64,000 bases of DNA from Pedobacter sp. (GTDB taxonomy: Bacteria > Desulfobacterota > Desulfuromonadia > Desulfuromonadales > Syntrophotaleaceae). A model generated the notes under the pieces. The model did not search any database, was not told where the DNA came from, and worked only from the letters and a program-made list of their open reading frames with translations. The DNA lies in assembly GCA_050253415.1 (NCBI GenBank), contig JBFWJC010000001.1, positions 160,001 through 224,000 of the forward strand, written 5' to 3'. Position 1 is the first letter of the stretch. Every line of letters starts with the position of its first letter. This document shows positions 50,830 to 60,225 of the stretch, in pieces. Position numbers and translations under genes: made by a program.

Positions 50830-53385
50830 CTACCACGGCTCCTGCAACGGTTGCTCGCCGTCCTGCAGATCCTGCGTCAGAAACGCGGTCAAGGCCTGCA
50901 TGACCTTCTCGGTGCGGCCCTTGGCCAGAGGTACATCGGGCAGGGAACGTAAAAAGATGCGTCCATAGCCCTTGTTGACCACTCGGCTGTCGAGAATCAG
51001 CACCACGCCCCGATCTTCGCGATGCCGGATCAGGCGACCGAACCCTTGCTTGAACTTGATGACGGCCTGCGGCACGGTGTATTGCATGAAAGGATCGCCC
51101 CCGGCCGCGGTTATCGCCTCGGCGCGAGCCTCCAGTACCGGTTCCGTGGGGACCTTGAACGGCAATCGGGTGATGATCACCTGCTCCAGAGCGCGTCCCG
51201 GCACATCGACCCCCTCCCAAAAGGAATCGGTAGCAAACAGCACGCTGGTCTCATCTTCGGCAAAAGTCTTTAGCAGTCGATGGCGATTGGCTTCGCCCTG
51301 GCGCAGGCAACGATAACCGCGTGCCTGCAGCACCGGCGACAGTTCGCCATGCACCTGGCGCAACAGTCCGTACGCGGTAAACAGGGCAAAGGTGCGACCA
51401 TCGGCCGCCACCACGGCGCGTTCTACCAGATCGCGAACCATGGCAGGATACCCTGCGCGTCCCGGTTCAGGCACATCGGTCGGCACCACCACCAACGCCT
51501 GACTTGCGAAATCGAACGGCGAATGGAGCAGCAATTCGCGCACCCGGTCCGCCTCGACCCGGTCAAGTCCCACGCGGCTTTTCAGATATTGAAACGAATC
51601 TCCAACCGCCAGCGTGGCGCTGGTCAGCACCACGCTGCGAAACCGGTCGTAAAGCCCTTCTTTAAGTTGGCCGGCGACCTCCAGGGGAGCCGTGCACAGG
51701 CGGGTTATCACTCCCCGTCCGCGACCTATGCGTCCCTCCACCACCTCGAACCAGGCGCAGGTGCGCTCGTCGCGAGCAATAAAAAACCTCAGGTCGCCGG
51801 CGATGCAGGCCAACCGGTCGGCAACCCCGCGAAGATCGGTCAGGGGCGAAACCAATTTGTCCGCCACCGCCTCCGGCAGCTTTTCGCTGGCTTTGAGCAG
51901 CGCTTCCAAGTCCTCTGCCAAGGTGGCACTGGCAGCTGCCAGATCCCGGATACGCTCAACGGCCGAGGGCCAGAATTCGCCGGCTGTCAGTTCCGGAACC
52001 ACCCTCCGACGCAACTCGTCCTGGCCGACACCGGTGCCGCAAGCTGCGGCCAGGTCCAGCCCTACCCCTTCGAGAGTCTGCAGAGCCTGATCGTAAAGTG
52101 CGTGACTGCCGGCCGACAAAGCCTCGATAGCTTCGTAATTGCTCCGATACAGAACATCCTCGGTATCCGGCAATTCCCGTGCCAGCAGATTGATGAAACG
52201 CGGCAGCAAACCCTTGTCCGGCTTGCGTGGGTGACGCAACTTGCCCAGTACCCGGGCAAACGCATAGCGCGTTACCTGCGAGGCGAAATAATGGGTGGCG
52301 ACGTCCTCGAGATGGTGTGCTTCATCGAGCACGATACGATCGAAGGGTGGCAAAACCGCGGCGGTACTATAATTGTCGGTCTGATGGCGCAAAGCCAGAT
52401 CCGACAACAACAGGGCGTGGTTGACCACCAGCAGATCGGCCTGCGCGGCTTGTCGACGGGCCTTATGGAAAAAACAGGCACCGTAATGATTGCACCGAAC
52501 CCGCGCACACTGATCGGCTTCGCAGCGCACCTCTTCCCACACCTCGAGGCGAGGCATAAAAGTCAACTCCTCGCGCGACCCTTCATGGGTAGCCGCCGCC
52601 CACTCCAGAACCGCAGCAAGTTCGCCACTTAATTCATCGTCGAACAACCCCGGTTCCAGACGTGCCGTCTCTGCCCGCCGTCGGCATAGATAGTTGTTGC
52701 GCCCCTTGACCAGTACCGCGCGAAATTCAAGGCCCGCAACCCGCTGCAGGAACGGCAGATCTTTACGAATCAGCTGTTCCTGCAGGTTGATGGTGTTGGT
52801 CGATACCACCACCCGCTCCTCGTTGGCCAATGCCCAGAGCAGCGCCGGTACCAGATAGGCCAGACTCTTGCCTGTACCAGTCCCTGCTTCGATGACCGCC
52901 AGTTGGCTGCGATTAAACGCCTCGCCAACCGCAAACGCCATGCGTAGCTGCTCGGGACGCTCTTCGTAGCCAGGAAGGGTTTTGGCCACCACTCCCAGGG
53001 GGCCCAGCAGGGCATCAATTTTCTCCGGTGGCAGATGTTGGGACTGACGGGGAGCAAAAGGTTCCACCACTTTATAAACATGTTCCACAGAGTTATCCAC
53101 AATCAGAAAACCAACCCCCTGGGAACCGAGTCGCGAAGCAATCTCAAGATCTGCCATCGATGGTTCCAGGCAAGCCGAAGGGTGATTGTGGAGAACGACA
53201 TCGCCATAGCGACATTCCTGCACAATGGCCGGCACCGCACTATCATTGCCACGTGCCAGCACCCGCACCTGAGTGATCCGCAGGTCACTGTCGGTGCTTC
53301 CGAGAAAAAAAACCTCCCGCCCACCAGCCTCAGTTATGGCTTGGCGCATACTGTCGATAACGGGCGTTGTGAAGGTCTTTTCCAT
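50830..53385 (-). CDS. DinG-family Fe-S helicase with N-terminal JAB/MPN domain
   Basis: EVFF...HNHPS...PS.AD JAB motif; EAGTGTGKS, Cys cluster, DEAH, SATL, FWEGVD, QGFGRLIR. Confidence 0.92.
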   Translation of the reverse strand: MEKTFTTPVIDSMRQAITEAGGREVFFLGSTDSDLRITQVRVLARGNDSAVPAIVQECRYGDVVLHNHPSACLEPSMADLEIASRLGSQGVGFLIVDNSVEHVYKVVEPFAPRQSQHLPPEKIDALLGPLGVVAKTLPGYEERPEQLRMAFAVGEAFNRSQLAVIEAGTGTGKSLAYLVPALLWALANEERVVVSTNTINLQEQLIRKDLPFLQRVAGLEFRAVLVKGRNNYLCRRRAETARLEPGLFDDELSGELAAVLEWAAATHEGSREELTFMPRLEVWEEVRCEADQCARVRCNHYGACFFHKARRQAAQADLLVVNHALLLSDLALRHQTDNYSTAAVLPPFDRIVLDEAHHLEDVATHYFASQVTRYAFARVLGKLRHPRKPDKGLLPRFINLLARELPDTEDVLYRSNYEAIEALSAGSHALYDQALQTLEGVGLDLAAACGTGVGQDELRRRVVPELTAGEFWPSAVERIRDLAAASATLAEDLEALLKASEKLPEAVADKLVSPLTDLRGVADRLACIAGDLRFFIARDERTCAWFEVVEGRIGRGRGVITRLCTAPLEVAGQLKEGLYDRFRSVVLTSATLAVGDSFQYLKSRVGLDRVEADRVRELLLHSPFDFASQALVVVPTDVPEPGRAGYPAMVRDLVERAVVAADGRTFALFTAYGLLRQVHGELSPVLQARGYRCLRQGEANRHRLLKTFAEDETSVLFATDSFWEGVDVPGRALEQVIITRLPFKVPTEPVLEARAEAITAAGGDPFMQYTVPQAVIKFKQGFGRLIRHREDRGVVLILDSRVVNKGYGRIFLRSLPDVPLAKGRTEKVMQALTAFLTQDLQDGEQPLQEPW

Positions 53386-53705
53386 ACCGTGCTCCCAGAA
53401 GACTGTCGAACTATTCGGTTGAAACGAAGAGTCGTACATCGCAGAACTGTTTTGGCTCCGAAGCAAAACACATCGCCGTAAAAGTGTGCCAAAAGAGTCC
53501 CTATGAACAAACATACTATTATAGGGAAGCACGTCTTAAAAGGAAAGGCTGACAAGGGGGGATAAGGGGGCAAAAAGGGATGGAGATTGACAGATCGCGC
53601 CGAAATGCTACATTGCTTAGACAACTTGCCGTGGCGAACGCTGCATGGCGTCACCGCTGACTCGGTTCCTGTCCAGACTTTCCAATTGAACACTAACGTA
53701 GGAGG

Positions 53706-54152
53706 ATGATCATGCTTCGAGGCTTGTGCGCGACCGATAACGATACTGGCAGCCTGATTTTACGGGTGATTTTGGGTGGGGTGTTTTTCCCCCATGGTGC
53801 ACAAAAAGCCCTGGCATGGTTCGGTGGCTACGGCCTGGCGCCGACTGTGGATTTTTTCAACCAGTCTTTTGGAGTGCCCGTACCGCTGGCCTACCTGGTC
53901 GTCGCGGCCGAGTTTCTCGGTGCCATAGCTCTGATCCTGGGTCTGCTGACACGTTTTGCAGCATTCGGTCTGTTTGCCGTCATGGCGGGCGCCATCTATC
54001 TGGTACACTGGCAGAACGGATTTTTCATGAACTGGGCAGGCAACCAGGCCGGCGAAGGCATCGAATACCATCTGCTGGTCATGGGCATAGCCCTGGCGCT
54101 GATGGTGCGGGGCGGCGGCCGCGCCTCCCTTGACCGGTTGCTGAGTCGTTGA
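53706..54152 (+). CDS. DoxX family membrane protein
   Basis: HGAQK..WFGG.G, AEF.G...LGLLTR, GFFMNW, EGIEY; GGAGG RBS. Confidence 0.92.
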   Translation: MIMLRGLCATDNDTGSLILRVILGGVFFPHGAQKALAWFGGYGLAPTVDFFNQSFGVPVPLAYLVVAAEFLGAIALILGLLTRFAAFGLFAVMAGAIYLVHWQNGFFMNWAGNQAGEGIEYHLLVMGIALALMVRGGGRASLDRLLSR

Positions 54153-54170
54153 TCCGCAGTACATGGTATG

Positions 54171-54209
54171 AAAAGCCCCGCATGCCTGTAAAGGCCGCGG
54201 GGCTTTTTT
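54171..54209 (+). terminator. Intrinsic terminator after doxX
   Basis: AAAAGCCCCGC...GCGGGGCTTTTTT. Confidence 0.8.
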
Positions 54210-54306
54210 GTGGATAATGGCCGGCTTGACTTGCCCCGTCCCCCCCCTTAAGATCAGAGATCGGAAGCCATCGCTTTTGCCACAGGTATCCCCAGAGGAA
54301 TGTACT

Positions 54307-54738
54307 ATGTACAGCAAACAAGTCATGGACCACTTCACCCGACCACGCAACGTCGGTTATCTTGAAAACCCCAGCGTGGCGGTTCAATATGGCGATCCCA
54401 CCTGCGGTGACTGTCTGTTGGTATTTTTGAAGATCGAGCAAGGCGTCATCCAAGACATGAAATACAAGGTAATGGGCTGCGCCGCCGCCATCGCAACCGC
54501 GTCCATCACCAGTGAAATGACTATCGGCCGCACCCTTGACGAGGCTATGGCATTGACCGAAAAACAGGTAGCTGAGGCCCTGGGCGGGCTTCCGCCGCAA
54601 AAGATGCACTGTTCCAACCTGGCGGTGGGCGCTCTTAAAGCGGCCCTGCGGGTGTATCTGGCAGGAGATCGCCCTCCCGATGCCATCGTCAGCGGGCGAG
54701 GGCACGACGCAAACCATCCTCCAGAGGAAAATCCTTGA
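54307..54738 (+). CDS. iscU: Stand-alone IscU/NifU-N type Fe-S scaffold
   Basis: YSKQVMDHF..PRNVG, PTCGD, GCAAA, LPPQKMHCSNL. Confidence 0.88.
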   Translation: MYSKQVMDHFTRPRNVGYLENPSVAVQYGDPTCGDCLLVFLKIEQGVIQDMKYKVMGCAAAIATASITSEMTIGRTLDEAMALTEKQVAEALGGLPPQKMHCSNLAVGALKAALRVYLAGDRPPDAIVSGRGHDANHPPEENP

Positions 54739-55582
54739 GACTGAAAAATGTTTGCCAGGGATGTGGGTCACAGACATTGCCGGCCAGCAACATCTGCAGC
54801 TGATCGACGGTCAGAGGACAACCCGGCACAGCCTGCAGGCTGGCCAGAAGCGGCTTTACCATCCAGATCGGCTGGTGAATCTTGACCACCTTGCGGCGGT
54901 GCAGTATGCCACCGATAATATCGAGAAGTTCATCGTAAGTTACGCTTTGCCCGCCGCAACAATGAAAGGTTTCACCAGCGGCATCGGAACGACCAAGGCA
55001 GGCAACGATACTGGCGGCAACCTCCTCCACGGCTACCGGCGCCAGGCGATAACGCCCATCGCCCAACACCGGCACCACTGGCAGAGTGCGCACCATTCCG
55101 GCCAGCAAGGTGCAGAAATTATCCTCGGCACCGTACATGACCGAGGGGCGGAAGATCGTCCAATCGAGAGTTGATTTTTTAACAAGCGCTTCCGCCTGTC
55201 CCTTGCTGCGATAATAGGCGGTACGGCCGTCGATACTGGCGCCGTTGCTGCTCATCAGTACAAAACGTCTGACCTTTTGAGCCTGTGCCGCGTCAACCAT
55301 GTGCGCCGTGGCCTGACGATGCAGACGGTCAAACGTAATTCCCTGTCGCGGATACTCGCGAATAATCCCTACCAGATGTACGACGGCCTCGCATCCAGCC
55401 AAGGCCCCCTGTAAGGTCTCCGGCTGAGTCACGTCCCCGAATCGCACCTCTGTTACCCCCGGCAGAAGTTTTCCCTCGGAGCCGGATCGCACCAGGCACA
55501 CCGGCGTATGCCTGGCGGCCAGCAATTGCCGGGTGACTTCGCGACCGACAAATCCGGTTGCGCCTGTAACAAATACCTGCAT
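54689..55582 (-). CDS. NDUFA9-like NAD(P)-binding SDR/epimerase
   Basis: VTGATGFVG, HLVGII, Y.RSK, FRPSVMYG. Confidence 0.88.
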   Translation of the reverse strand: MQVFVTGATGFVGREVTRQLLAARHTPVCLVRSGSEGKLLPGVTEVRFGDVTQPETLQGALAGCEAVVHLVGIIREYPRQGITFDRLHRQATAHMVDAAQAQKVRRFVLMSSNGASIDGRTAYYRSKGQAEALVKKSTLDWTIFRPSVMYGAEDNFCTLLAGMVRTLPVVPVLGDGRYRLAPVAVEEVAASIVACLGRSDAAGETFHCCGGQSVTYDELLDIIGGILHRRKVVKIHQPIWMVKPLLASLQAVPGCPLTVDQLQMLLAGNVCDPHPWQTFFSLKDFPLEDGLRRALAR

Positions 55583-55596
55583 GAGGTCCTCCGCGC

Positions 55597-57039
55597 TTAC
55601 CCCTTAACCACCGCCAGCGGTCGCAAGCGCGCAACGATGCGACCGATGCCGGCCTGTTGCACGACCTCCACCACCTCCGAAACATCCTTATACGCCTCCG
55701 AGATTTCCTCGGCCACGGTGCCACGCTCGGCAGCCCGCAGCACAATGCCCCGTGCAGCGAGTTCGGCCTCGATATTGCGACCACGGGCCACTTTTTTGGC
55801 CGCGTGGCGCGACAACACGCGGCCCGCACCGTGGCAGGTCGAACCGAAGGTCTGCTCGAACCCACCGGCGGTTCCCACCAGCACATAAGAATAGCGCCCC
55901 ATATCGCCGGGGATCAGCACCGGCTGACCTATGGCACGATAGCACGCCGGAACTTCGGGATGGCCGGGGGGAAACGCGCGCGTGGCACCCTTGCGGTGCA
56001 CACAGAGCCGACGCCGCACCCCTTGCACCACATGATTTTCCCATTTGGCAATATTGTGGCAGACGTCATAGATAAGCGAGAGTCGCAAGGCCTCGGCGCT
56101 TTGCCCCAACACCTGTTCAAACGATTCGCGCACCCAGGCGGTAATCAGTTGCCGGTTGGCAAACGCAAAATTGGCCGCGCAGGCCATGGCGGCAAGGTAC
56201 TGTCGACCCTCCGGGCTGCCAAGCGGTGCGCAGCACAACTGCCGGTCTGGCAGCGTGATGCCATATTTGGCCGCAGCCCGCAGCATGATCCGCAAATAAT
56301 CGTCGCACACCTGATAACCGAGGCCGCGGCTGCCGGTATGGATGGTCACCGTAACCTGTCCCGGGAATAATCCAAGCACCTGCGCGATTTCCGGTTCCCG
56401 AATCTCCTCCACCATCTGCACTTCCAGAAAGTGGTTGCCTGAGCCAAGAGTCCCGAGCTGGTCGCGCCCCCGTTCCAGAGCGCGATCGGAAAGCAGTTCC
56501 GGGTCGGCGCCTTCGATACGCCCCTCAGCCTCGATATGCTGCAGATCCTGCTCGCTGCCCATCCCGCGATTCACCACCCAGCGGGCCCCCTGCTGCAGAA
56601 CCTTGCGCTCTTCCGCAACACTCAATTTAAGATCGCGTCGATGAGAACCGACCCCGGAAGGTACATTGCGAAACAGAGCATCGGCCAACCTCTGCAAGTG
56701 GGGACGAACCTGCTGCACTTCCAGATCGGAGCGCAGCAGACGCACTCCACAGTTGATATCGTAGCCGACCCCCCCGGGTGAGACGACCCCCTCCTCGGCA
56801 TCAAAGGCCGCCACCCCGCCGATAGGAAAACCATAGCCCCAATGAATGTCCGGCATGGCCAGAGACGGACCGACAATACCGGGCAAAGTCGCGACATTGC
56901 GCACCTGTTCGAGAGCCTGCTCTTTCTGCAATGCCGCCATCATGGCGCGGCTGGCAAAAACCAGGCCGTCGGTACGCATAGCCCCTTCGCGAGGGATGCG
57001 CCAGCGGCATTGATCGATCTGTTGCACTTTGACGGTCAT
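55597..57039 (-). CDS. rtcB: RNA-splicing/repair ligase RtcB (archaeal/eukaryote-like clade)
   Basis: MPDIHWGYGFPIGGV, GYDINCG, GSGNHF, HTGSRG, HRKGATR, STCHGAGR, EE.SEAYK, VKG C-terminus. Confidence 0.96.
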   Translation of the reverse strand: MTVKVQQIDQCRWRIPREGAMRTDGLVFASRAMMAALQKEQALEQVRNVATLPGIVGPSLAMPDIHWGYGFPIGGVAAFDAEEGVVSPGGVGYDINCGVRLLRSDLEVQQVRPHLQRLADALFRNVPSGVGSHRRDLKLSVAEERKVLQQGARWVVNRGMGSEQDLQHIEAEGRIEGADPELLSDRALERGRDQLGTLGSGNHFLEVQMVEEIREPEIAQVLGLFPGQVTVTIHTGSRGLGYQVCDDYLRIMLRAAAKYGITLPDRQLCCAPLGSPEGRQYLAAMACAANFAFANRQLITAWVRESFEQVLGQSAEALRLSLIYDVCHNIAKWENHVVQGVRRRLCVHRKGATRAFPPGHPEVPACYRAIGQPVLIPGDMGRYSYVLVGTAGGFEQTFGSTCHGAGRVLSRHAAKKVARGRNIEAELAARGIVLRAAERGTVAEEISEAYKDVSEVVEVVQQAGIGRIVARLRPLAVVKG

Positions 57040-57103
57040 AACATCTACCTTTCATGGCCCCGTTACCATAAAGCGTCCCTGTGACCTGTACCGTTTTTCG
57101 TGT

Positions 57104-57241
57104 CTAGTAATTCAGGGCCATTATCCGGGCTGACAAGGCTACGTCAACCTGGCATAACCGAGTGGTACGTTAAATGGTGGAACGCTGAAATCGCCAGAAA
57201 AGCCGGAAGAAGACATCTGAAATAATGGCATAGATCACTAG
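57104..57241. mobile_element. Putative MITE-like insertion (138 bp) bounded by CTAG and imperfect terminal inverted repeats
   Basis: Left end CTAGTAATTCAGGGCCATTAT; right end ATAATGGCATAGATCACTAG (revcomp CTAGTGATCTATGCCATTAT). Confidence 0.5.
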
Positions 57242-57717
57242 AGATCAAGATAAACCCGCGCACGCCAGAGGCCCTGGCGACAGCTGACCATAAGATGGTG
57301 GTAGGTGGCTGCTTTGATTTCCCTTTGAGGGTCTCCGGTCAGCGGCACCACCGCCAACCTGGCCTCAAGCGAGCCGGGTTTCATATCTGTCAAGGTGATA
57401 TCTTGCGGCCACATGCCCTTGGTCTGAATCAGATAAAGCAACTCGTTAAGCCACACGACCAGCAGTTCCTCCACATCGCCTGCGGCAACCTCAAGCGTTA
57501 AAACGCGAATCGGGGTCATACTATCAGCGCTGCCAGCCAACACCGCCAACAACCCTTTTGCCGCCTGCACAAACAACTCCTCACAGCTTGCAGCCTGGGC
57601 TTCGATACCCATATCGGCGGTGTGCTCCAAAAGCCGAAAGGCGGCCGCGCCGCCTTTCTTTTTAACCGGCTTGGATCCCGCCTCTGGAAATTGTCGGGCA
57701 TTTTGGTCCGCATTCAT
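57238..57717 (-). CDS. Archease (RtcB activator)
   Basis: LEHTADMG, WLNELLY, EIKAATYH, C-terminal YLDL. Confidence 0.93.
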   Translation of the reverse strand: MNADQNARQFPEAGSKPVKKKGGAAAFRLLEHTADMGIEAQAASCEELFVQAAKGLLAVLAGSADSMTPIRVLTLEVAAGDVEELLVVWLNELLYLIQTKGMWPQDITLTDMKPGSLEARLAVVPLTGDPQREIKAATYHHLMVSCRQGLWRARVYLDL

Positions 57718-57721
57718 AGAG

Positions 57722-58240
57722 TCATTCTTCGCGCTGCCAAGTGACGCGGCAGATGGCATGATCATCCGTCCAGACCACCTTAAGCTCGCCTTGGTGGGAC
57801 TTATGGAGGGCGCGGCCGAGGTGTTCGGCGAGTTTTTCTTCGGTCGTTTCGATCACCAGATCCTGGCCTTCTCGCTCCATTCGGATAATCTGTTCCAGCG
57901 GATTTTTGGCCCTGGCCTTGGTCACCTCATTCCTTAGAATGTTACGGATTTCCTCTTCGTGCGCCCACAGATAGGCGCCACGCAGGGTTACATAGCCTTC
58001 TGCGTAACCATCCTCGATCTTACGGCAACCCGGGCAAAGTTGTCTGGTAACCTTCACATCATCGGAAAGATGCTTAAACGCCTCCACATCGAGGTACCAG
58101 CGCTTGTTACGATAAACCGCCTGGCAACCGGTGCAGATCGTAGGTTCCGGCAGCCCCTGATCCATAATATAGGGATCAGAGCTGGTTTTGCAGCGTCCAC
58201 GTTTGTCACTGATGCCGAACTTTCCGCTCTCTTTTTGCAT
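57722..58240 (-). CDS. BCAM0308-family protein (two CxxC motifs)
   Basis: DPY...EPTICTGC.AVY..KRW, LCPGCRKI.D...G.VTL.G, NPLEQI, TT.EKLA.HLGRAL.K..QG.L, RVTW.R. Confidence 0.8.
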   Translation of the reverse strand: MQKESGKFGISDKRGRCKTSSDPYIMDQGLPEPTICTGCQAVYRNKRWYLDVEAFKHLSDDVKVTRQLCPGCRKIEDGYAEGYVTLRGAYLWAHEEEIRNILRNEVTKARAKNPLEQIIRMEREGQDLVIETTEEKLAEHLGRALHKSHQGELKVVWTDDHAICRVTWQREE

Positions 58241-58286
58241 ACTTGAACCCCTTTCCCGAGGAATTTTTAGGGCCTTCCTACTATTG

Positions 58287-58295
58287 ATTATAGCA
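58287..58295 (-). promoter_or_regulatory. Extended -10 promoter for BCAM0308-archease-rtcB
   Basis: - strand TGCTATAAT, about 47 bp upstream of ATG 58240. Confidence 0.6.
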
Positions 58296-58428
58296 TCAGG
58301 AATGGTATTTGGGGGGGACCGAAGGTGACGGAATGGTTTGCAGGAGTAATTTGTAAGAAGTTGAAGGGGGGTTACAAAACCCGATAGTTGTCAGCTGAGA
58401 ACCTTGCAGTCATAATCATGCATGCATA

Positions 58429-58800
58429 TCACCATGACAGGCTACGGGACACCGTAGTCCACAGCAGATTGGCAACAACCACAGAAAGTCCCGCGGCCAG
58501 AGCCAGAGGCGGGGCTTTAAGGGGTCCGATCAGCACAAAAATGGCCCCGGCCAAACACAATAGTCTGACCAGCGTACCACCTTGAAAGGCCAATCCTGAT
58601 TTTTGACCCGGAGTCAAAAGTAACCGTTTGAGGGAACGATGCAACGCATGGAAACTGGCGATGACCACCAATCCACCCCCCAGCACTCCCACTGTAACCG
58701 GAAGCGATTTCCAAAGCAGACTACCCAAGACCATCACACACAGAATCAACCAGTTGCGCCGAGCCATTTCCCGTATCAGCTGGTCATCCCCTGTCGTCAT
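58429..58800 (-). CDS. atpI: ATP synthase protein I (4-TM AtpI)
   Basis: Four hydrophobic helices, GVLGGG, LAAGLSVVV; overlaps atpZ. Confidence 0.75.
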   Translation of the reverse strand: MTTGDDQLIREMARRNWLILCVMVLGSLLWKSLPVTVGVLGGGLVVIASFHALHRSLKRLLLTPGQKSGLAFQGGTLVRLLCLAGAIFVLIGPLKAPPLALAAGLSVVVANLLWTTVSRSLSW

Positions 58801-59032
58801 GCTCTTCCTCCCCCTGGCGGCGCAATTCGCGGCGGGTAAGGATAAAAATATTGCGGAATCCGGCGGCAATTCCGAAGCCGAGGAACAACAGCGTCAGCCA
58901 GGGAGAAGTCCCCAGCCAACGATCGAGATAGTACCCCATAAACAACCCGATAAGGGTCGAAGCCACCAGAGAAATACCGACTCCGGAAAGAAAACCGATG
59001 GATTTGATCAGTTGTTGTCTGTTTTCCGCCAT
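58784..59032 (-). CDS. atpZ: AtpZ/AtpI-family (ATPase_gene1) protein
   Basis: G...GYYLDRWLGTSPW....L.FGIAAGF.N motif. Confidence 0.88.
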   Translation of the reverse strand: MAENRQQLIKSIGFLSGVGISLVASTLIGLFMGYYLDRWLGTSPWLTLLFLGFGIAAGFRNIFILTRRELRRQGEEEHDDRG

Positions 59033-59200
59033 AGTTACCAAAATCCAAGAGACAAGGACGTCGTCCGAATATCTGCTTCCCCCGCAGCCCTTATCTCAAA
59101 AACCCGCCGGGTACGCATTCGAATGATCTATTCAAACCCGTATAACCGAGAGCGTGCTAACGGAAGTTAAAAGGTTTTCTCCCCCAAGAAAATCGTCAAG

Positions 59201-60166
59201 TCATCCCTTAAATAAACGGATAAAATGGGCAAAAATCCCTTGATCGTCATCGGCCACTTCCTGCTCTTTCATAATCTTAAGGGCTTCAAAGGTCGTGCGT
59301 CTTTGATGATAGGGGCGCTCGGCAGTGAGTGCTTCATAAATATCGGCAATACGGCAAATCCGCGCATAAGGATGGATATCCGATCCCATCTTCCCGTGTG
59401 GATAGCCGGTACCATTGTCGCGTTCATGATGCTGCAGAGTAATGGTAAGCGCTTCATCGGTAATGATCCCGTTTTCACTGAGGATGTTGTAACCTTCCTC
59501 AACATGACCATTGACCACCTGGCGTTCTTCCGGCGTCAATTGTCCCGGCTTGTTGATAATCTCAATGGGAATGCGACACTTGCCAAGATCGTGCAGAAAA
59601 AAACCGGTGCCAAGGTTATGCATATCGTGCGAGCGATCCTGGCCGAATAATAATCGCGCCAGTGCCACGCCGAAAATACCGACATTGGTAGAATGAACGT
59701 AGGTGGCATGATCGAAAGCAGTCAATCGTACCAGATATTTGGTTGCTTCTTCATTGTTTACGATGAGATCGACCGTCGGAACGATAACATCGCAGGCCTG
59801 CTTGATAAAGGGACCGCGAGGGTCATCAAAGGCCCGACGCATGACATCGCGACAGGCCGCCTGCACGGCTTTGGCTTTGACAGAAGCCTCAACATTCGGA
59901 TTATGAACAAGGTCGTCCAGCCTGGAGCGTAACATCTGGCTGTAAAAAGCTGCATCCTCGACGCGTACATACAGGTGTTCGGTACCATAAAACTGCAGAC
60001 GATCGATAGCAGGACGGCCTAAAATACCATGTTGAGCGACAAACAGAACGTACTCACCACTCCGGTTACATCGAAACAAATCACACGGAGCTTTTTGGAT
60101 AAAATGAAGGGAGTCGGTACTTACGGAAAATAACTCCTCGCCGCTGATATTTTCGGCCAGATCCAT
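59201..60166 (-). CDS. HD-GYP domain c-di-GMP phosphodiesterase
   Basis: TYVHS, LHDLGK, HHERDNGTGYP, ADIYEALT..RPY. Confidence 0.92.
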   Translation of the reverse strand: MDLAENISGEELFSVSTDSLHFIQKAPCDLFRCNRSGEYVLFVAQHGILGRPAIDRLQFYGTEHLYVRVEDAAFYSQMLRSRLDDLVHNPNVEASVKAKAVQAACRDVMRRAFDDPRGPFIKQACDVIVPTVDLIVNNEEATKYLVRLTAFDHATYVHSTNVGIFGVALARLLFGQDRSHDMHNLGTGFFLHDLGKCRIPIEIINKPGQLTPEERQVVNGHVEEGYNILSENGIITDEALTITLQHHERDNGTGYPHGKMGSDIHPYARICRIADIYEALTAERPYHQRRTTFEALKIMKEQEVADDDQGIFAHFIRLFKG

Positions 60167-60225
60167 ACGCTCCCCTGTAACAGGTATATTCCAAAAGGGC
60201 CTCGCAGTCGATCCCCCGCGGGGGA

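Noticed and set aside
57040..57237. tRNA or Y-RNA beside rtcB
   Set aside because: No cloverleaf or T-loop (GTTC) consensus and no Ro60 gene; the MITE-like reading fits better.
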